NCBI GenBank assembly: GCA_034660555.1
Contig: JAYEJL010000114.1
Location: 1 to 43,242 of the forward strand
Source of the DNA: Thermotogota bacterium
Lineage (GTDB): Bacteria > Thermotogota > Thermotogae > Petrotogales > Kosmotogaceae
DNA length: 43,242 nucleotides
Direction of reading: 5' to 3'
Of this stretch, positions 38,526 to 43,242 are shown in pieces. Both the position numbers and the translations under genes were made by a program. Numbering within the stretch: the first letter of the stretch is position 1; the number at the start of each line of letters is the position of its first letter. The notes beneath the pieces were generated by a model. That model ran no database searches. It saw nothing but the letters and a program-made list of their open reading frames with translations, and was not told the origin of the DNA.

Positions 38526-39653
38526 TTACTTTGTAAGGTAATTATGAGCTTCCTTAAGAAGCTCGATTACGTTAAGATTTTGTGGGCATGCTTCTTCACA
38601 TTCTCCGCATTCTACACACCGGGAAACATCACCTTTTTGTTCTTCGAGCTTTTTGTAGTATTTTGAGTACTTCTCTTTTTCATTGTACATGACTGAATCG
38701 TTGTACCAGGAAAATATTGTCGGTATCTGAACTTTTGAAGGACAGGGAATACAGTAATTACAGCCAGTGCAATTTACCTGAATTTTATCTTTATAGACAT
38801 TGACAACCTTTTCGATAATTTGCTTTTCATTATCGTTCATCACATCAGTTTTTGCTTTATCAAATATATCAATATCTTCTTTTAGCTGTTCCATGGTACT
38901 TACACCACTGAGAATTACATTAACTTCAGGGAAGTCATATAACCACCTAAAAGCCCATTCCACTGGTGTTCTTTTAACCTTGGCCTTTTCATAAACATCT
39001 TCAATTTCCTTAGAAGGTGGTTGTGCAAGTTTACCACCACGTAGTGGTTCCATTATCACTACTGGTATTCCCTTTGCTGAAGCATATTTTAATCCCTTTA
39101 CGCCTGCCTGATATTCCTGATCAAGTATATTAAGCTGTATCTGACACATATCCTAATTATAGGAGTCAACTATATTTTTAAAGACCGGATATTTGTCATG
39201 GAATGAAAATCCAGCAAATTTTATCTTTCCTCTTTTCTTCATTTCATCAAGAAAATCCAGAGCGCCCAGTTCCATTACTTTGTTCCAGCTTTTCTCATTA
39301 AGAGCATGCAATAGATAGATTTCTACATGATCGGTTTGAAGTCTTTCGAGCTGTTCATCCAGATATTTCTCGAAATTTTCGTATTTTTCTATCAGCCACA
39401 CGGGAGATTTTGTTGCTATATATGTTCTTTCTCTATAACCATCTTTGAGAGCTTTTCCCAGGATAACTTCACTCTCTCCATTATGATAAGGATATGCTGT
39501 ATCAAGGTAATTAACACCGTTGTCAATAGCGTATCGAATCATTTTAGTTGCTTTTTCTTCGTCAACTTTTTCGTTTTCTGTGGGAAATCGCATACAACCC
39601 ATACCAAATCGCGATATATTTAAACCGGTTTTTCCAAATTCTATGTAATACAT
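38526..39653 (-). pseudogene. Aldo/keto reductase with C-terminal 4Fe-4S domain, interrupted by an in-frame TAG at 39153-39155
   Basis: GMGCMRFP, DTAYPYH, ATK, LLHAL, GFSFH, then VDSYN*DMCQIQLN in frame; CTGCNYCIPCP and CVECGECEEACPQ. Confidence 0.9.
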
Positions 39654-39894
39654 TATAACCATCCTGTTTAAAACAATTTAGTGTTATTACTATTTTATCA
39701 TCAATAAAGTAAGCATGGCGAAGTGAATGTTTTTATTTTGTGTAGTAATAATGTTCATTTACTTCGGCTGAAATCGAATGCATTAACAAATTAATATGTA
39801 GTTATCTTGTTACTATAATTATTCGCATTCGACTTCATTAAATGCTCCGAAAATTTGTAGGTCAGAAGTACAATGTTGTTTGTAAAAAAGAAGG

Positions 39895-40436
39895 ATGACA
39901 ATGAAGAAGCTTTCTTTAGTAATAATTATTGTGTTTGTACTGTTTTTATTAAGCGGTTGTCCACGGCTGTTTTTAAAATGTCTGTATTTTGAATGTTTAA
40001 CTGTAGGGACTAAGTATTATTTTGAAGACAGTTTCAATGAAAGTTTTACTCAGGTGACAGCAGAAACATTTTATTATTATGGTGGCGGTTCAACAAACAA
40101 TGGGTATGCTGAAGTACAGGCAGGTGGAATGGCAGATAGTTCAAGGAAAGAGATTTGGACAAATAATGTGAATCTTGACTTTGATTTTCCAAGTGTACTT
40201 TCCAGTTTAGAACTATATTATGGTTACTGTGGAGGCAATATCAATGTCAGTATAAATGGCGTTCTCAAGAAGAACAAGATCTTTATACACTTGATGGCTC
40301 AACAGTTTCAGATTTGTTAATCAGTGTATCAAATCCCGTCCAGGGAACGGGCGTACTCACTTTACAGGGTACAATTAAATCTTTCTCAATAGGCGGCCAG
40401 GAATTTGTTATTGATCACGTTTGTCCTAAAAAGTAA
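39895..40436 (+). pseudogene. Lipoprotein of unknown function with a frameshift near 40265
   Basis: Lipobox LSGC; after GGNINVSING an alternative frame reads QEEQDLYTLDG...GVLTLQGTIKSFSIGGQEFVIDHVCPKK* to 40436. Confidence 0.65.
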
Positions 40437-40465
40437 CTTTTAATCATTAGAGCTTTATCTATAAA

Positions 40466-41542
40466 TCAAGTAGTCGTTAGTCTGGAAAACAGTGGAACAG
40501 CTAATAAAAGAGTTACGACAGCAAATATTGTCAGAGCGATTACATCTACGCGTATACTGGACAATGAAGCACCCATTATCATAACCTTCCTTAATGCATC
40601 AGCAGCAAAGGTTAAGGGGAATGCTTTTGAGAGATATTGCATAAATGTGGGCATCTGTTCTACGGGAAAAAATACACCCGATAGAAACAACATGGGAAAT
40701 GTGATCGAGGTTAATATCATCTGGGATGATTCCTGATCGGGTGCACCTGCGGTAATTATTATGCCAATTCCAATGAAACTGAATATACCCAGTATAAGGA
40801 GAAAGAACGTGAGTATGAGAGAACCTTCTATGCTGACTCCGAACAGAAAGATTGCGAGTAGAAGAATTACTATTGCCTGCAATAAACCTCTTGTTGTCTG
40901 AGATAGAACCTTACCAATTATGATAGAAGAACGCGGTATAGGTGTGGTCATTATTCCATCCATTGTGCCTTTCTCTTTTTCCATAGTGATCGCTGCAGCA
41001 AGTCCATTGACTACACTCATTATGGCAACCATTGCCATGATTCCCGGAGCCATAAAACTGTAATAATTGAATTCACCACCTGAAGGGTTTTCAAGTTTTA
41101 CTTCTATTTGAGACTTGGATCCACCTAGACTGCTTCCCAGCGTGGTCATTACTCCCTGAGAAGCTGACATTGCCATCTGCGGATTAGACGGACTGGGAAT
41201 AATTTTGACAGCAACTTCTTTATTTACCAGAACGCTTTTAAGAAAGTTTTCGGGAACGATCATGCCAGCATCAGCTTTTTCTTCAATAAGATATTCGCGG
41301 AGCTCTTTTTCACTTTCAACAAAGGTAAAGCCTTCAACTTCACTATCTCGTATCATGTTTACAAAACCTTTGTCATGGGAGAATACAACTATAGACATAT
41401 TTTTATTTGATTGCATTTTTGGAAACATATATCCTGTCATTAGCATCATAAAAACAGGCATTATTATAAAGGCAATAAGTGCAAACCGGCTTCTGAAAAA
41501 ATAAATCAAGTCTTTTACGGCGATGAAAAGCGCATACTTCAT
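40466..41542 (-). CDS. ABC-2 type exporter permease
   Basis: KDL, FMAPGI, EKEKGT, GKVL, FLSGVFFP, PLTFA. Confidence 0.92.
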   Translation of the reverse strand: MKYALFIAVKDLIYFFRSRFALIAFIIMPVFMMLMTGYMFPKMQSNKNMSIVVFSHDKGFVNMIRDSEVEGFTFVESEKELREYLIEEKADAGMIVPENFLKSVLVNKEVAVKIIPSPSNPQMAMSASQGVMTTLGSSLGGSKSQIEVKLENPSGGEFNYYSFMAPGIMAMVAIMSVVNGLAAAITMEKEKGTMDGIMTTPIPRSSIIIGKVLSQTTRGLLQAIVILLLAIFLFGVSIEGSLILTFFLLILGIFSFIGIGIIITAGAPDQESSQMILTSITFPMLFLSGVFFPVEQMPTFMQYLSKAFPLTFAADALRKVMIMGASLSSIRVDVIALTIFAVVTLLLAVPLFSRLTTT

Positions 41543-42537
41543 TATCTTATCCTCCTGTTCTCAAAACGATTTTCAGCCTGTTTTCCAGGGTTATCCCTCA
41601 TTTCGTGACCTGTTAGTTTTATAAAAACATCTTCAAGCGTTGGTTCAACTGTTTTTATACCTTTGACAGGAATATTGTTTTCTTTAAGTAAGGTAATAAG
41701 AATTTCAAGTGGATCATCGCAGTTCATATATATCCTGATTTCTTCCGAGTTTTTGTTAAAAACCTTCTCCACACAGTGAAGTTCGTTTATCGTGGAAAGC
41801 ATTGGGTTTGTTATATTGGGTATATCTAAATCAATTATACTTGTTTCGTTATTGTCGATCATACGTTTAAGATTTTTCGAGGTATCCATTGCAGCGATTT
41901 TTCCGTGGTCAATGATTGCTATCCTATCAGATAGATTGTCTGCTTCGACCATTATATGTGTGGTTAATACTATCGTTTTACCCTGTTCGTTTAGTTCTCG
42001 AATAAATTCTCTTATGCTTCTTGTTGTTTGTGGGTCAAGACCAAGTGTTGGCTCATCGAGGAAGATAATTTCCGGATCATGAAGCAAAGATCTTATTACA
42101 TTTATTCTTTGCTTCATTCCGGTTGAGAAACGACTAACTCTAGTATTTTTCCATTCAGTCATTTCAACCATTTCTAATAATTTATTACATCTTTTTTTTG
42201 CTTTTTTTGTGTTCATATTGTTCAGTTTGGCGAAAAACATGAGATTTTCCATTGCTGTTAACCTATCATAGAGAATGATTTTTTCTGAAACCAGACCGAT
42301 ATTTTTTCTAACCATTTTTGCTTCTTTAACAACGTCGTAGCCATTTATAAATGCTTTTCCGTCAGTAGGTTTAGTGAGCGCTGTTAACATTCTAATAGTT
42401 GTGGATTTGCCCGCGCCATTGGGGCCAAGAAGTCCGAATATCTCACCTTTTTTTACTCTAAAACTTACATTATCAACTGCAAGCACCTGTTTGAATTGCT
42501 TTGTAAGATTTCTAGCTTCAATTACTATTTCTTCCAT
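41542..42537 (-). CDS. ABC exporter ATP-binding protein (DrrA/NodI-like)
   Basis: GPNGAGKST, FSTGMKQR, LDEPTLGLD, TTH, PTLEDVF. Confidence 0.95.
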   Translation of the reverse strand: MEEIVIEARNLTKQFKQVLAVDNVSFRVKKGEIFGLLGPNGAGKSTTIRMLTALTKPTDGKAFINGYDVVKEAKMVRKNIGLVSEKIILYDRLTAMENLMFFAKLNNMNTKKAKKRCNKLLEMVEMTEWKNTRVSRFSTGMKQRINVIRSLLHDPEIIFLDEPTLGLDPQTTRSIREFIRELNEQGKTIVLTTHIMVEADNLSDRIAIIDHGKIAAMDTSKNLKRMIDNNETSIIDLDIPNITNPMLSTINELHCVEKVFNKNSEEIRIYMNCDDPLEILITLLKENNIPVKGIKTVEPTLEDVFIKLTGHEMRDNPGKQAENRFENRRIR

Positions 42538-43048
42538 TGCTATTCACCTCATTTGTCTCTTTTATTATTTCATTGATTTTTTGCGTAAATTTTATACTTG
42601 AATCCATTAAATCATTCAAACTACCTGGATCACTCCATTGAGTTCTAATAAATTTATTGTATAAATGATGCAGTTGTTTCTTTAGCTTTTTTGGGGCGTT
42701 TTTAAGATGTTTTTCGGGATCTGAAACAGGTAGCTCTTCATCGAAATATTCTGAAAATAAGTGTGAAAGGCTTTGAAGGTTCTTTCTTGTTTCCTGATGT
42801 TTGCTTTTTAATTCATTATAGGCGCCTTTTCCTTTATTGGTAACTCTGTATATCTTTTTTCTACCACTCCTTGTCATCTGTAGATAACCTTTTTCTTCAA
42901 GATCATTGAGTATTGGATATATCGAACCTGGCGACACATCGAATCCTGTCTTTTCAAATATGAGATTCATTAATTTATATCCATGCAGTTCGCTATGTTT
43001 TAATATCATTTCCAGTACAAAATATTTTAGAAATCCATACTTAAAGAT
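42518..43048 (-). CDS. PadR-family transcriptional regulator; apparent ATC start at 43048
   Basis: HGY.L, SPGSIYPIL..LE..G, RKKIY..T.KG; upstream in-frame FKYGFLKYFVL supplies the usual first helix; RBS GAGGTG at 43059-43054. Confidence 0.88.
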   Translation of the reverse strand: MFKYGFLKYFVLEMILKHSELHGYKLMNLIFEKTGFDVSPGSIYPILNDLEEKGYLQMTRSGRKKIYRVTNKGKGAYNELKSKHQETRKNLQSLSHLFSEYFDEELPVSDPEKHLKNAPKKLKKQLHHLYNKFIRTQWSDPGSLNDLMDSSIKFTQKINEIIKETNEVNSNGRNSN

Positions 43049-43058
43049 ATTATCACCT

Positions 43059-43068
43059 CGATATATCG
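43059..43068. promoter_or_regulatory. Palindrome CGATATATCG, candidate PadR autoregulatory operator
   Basis: Perfect 10-bp palindrome abutting the RBS; related CGATACATTA at 43073-43082. Confidence 0.5.
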
Positions 43069-43242
43069 TTTTCGATACATTATATCATAATAAAGAATTC
43101 TTAAAGCTAAGAAATTACCCTTTTATTAAAATAAAATCTGGTTTTATTGGTTGTGTCAAGTACCTGCTGTAAAAATGACCTGAATCCTAAAATAGGTTAT
43201 ATTACATAGTTAGGTATCTCCTTGAAGTTATCCATTCTTCAT

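Noticed and set aside
2252..39155. Stop-codon reassignment, selenocysteine or pyrrolysine as the explanation for the in-frame stops
   Set aside because: One stop is TGA and the other TAG, both at probable Trp positions; intact genes here end normally in TGA and TAG and use TGG for Trp
39781..39815. Integron attC-like site (TAAC...GTTA)
   Set aside because: Core-site complementarity and spacing are poor, and there is no integrase or cassette array
9531..42082. Long antisense ORFs (e.g. 9531..10061, 10154..10645, 19567..20112, 33511..33969, 37725..38153)
   Set aside because: Shadow frames opposite well-supported genes, with Ser/Ile/Phe-rich composition and no motifs

Overview
AT-rich bacterial chromosomal segment. 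The gene set (LonC-type protease, TldD/PmbA, Pcm, TIGR00153/DUF47, Nif3, MoxR-DUF58, type-2 glycerate kinase, nitroreductase) suggests an anaerobe, probably Thermotogota (inference). There is no rRNA, tRNA, CRISPR array or intact transposase. About 35 long CDS are present, including a 2-hydroxyacyl-CoA dehydratase/activator cluster containing sua5, two HD-GYP phosphodiesterase-like genes and a PadR-ABC exporter operon. The most interesting signals are below the ORF-track cutoff. (1) A complete transcription unit encodes two paralogous acidic micropeptides (MWKMPDEDEEH; MRNIPGFWKIPDPEDDLW) and converges on a TPR + HD-GYP gene; this is a candidate peptide-controlled cyclic-dinucleotide signalling module. 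(2) An operon of three related 30-35 aa peptides at 49-407 has its own promoter and terminator. Also noted: a secreted small protein next to a cupin-HD-GYP gene, two genes that appear to start at ATC, a composite REP-like repeat, a boxA-like leader, and several disrupted genes.
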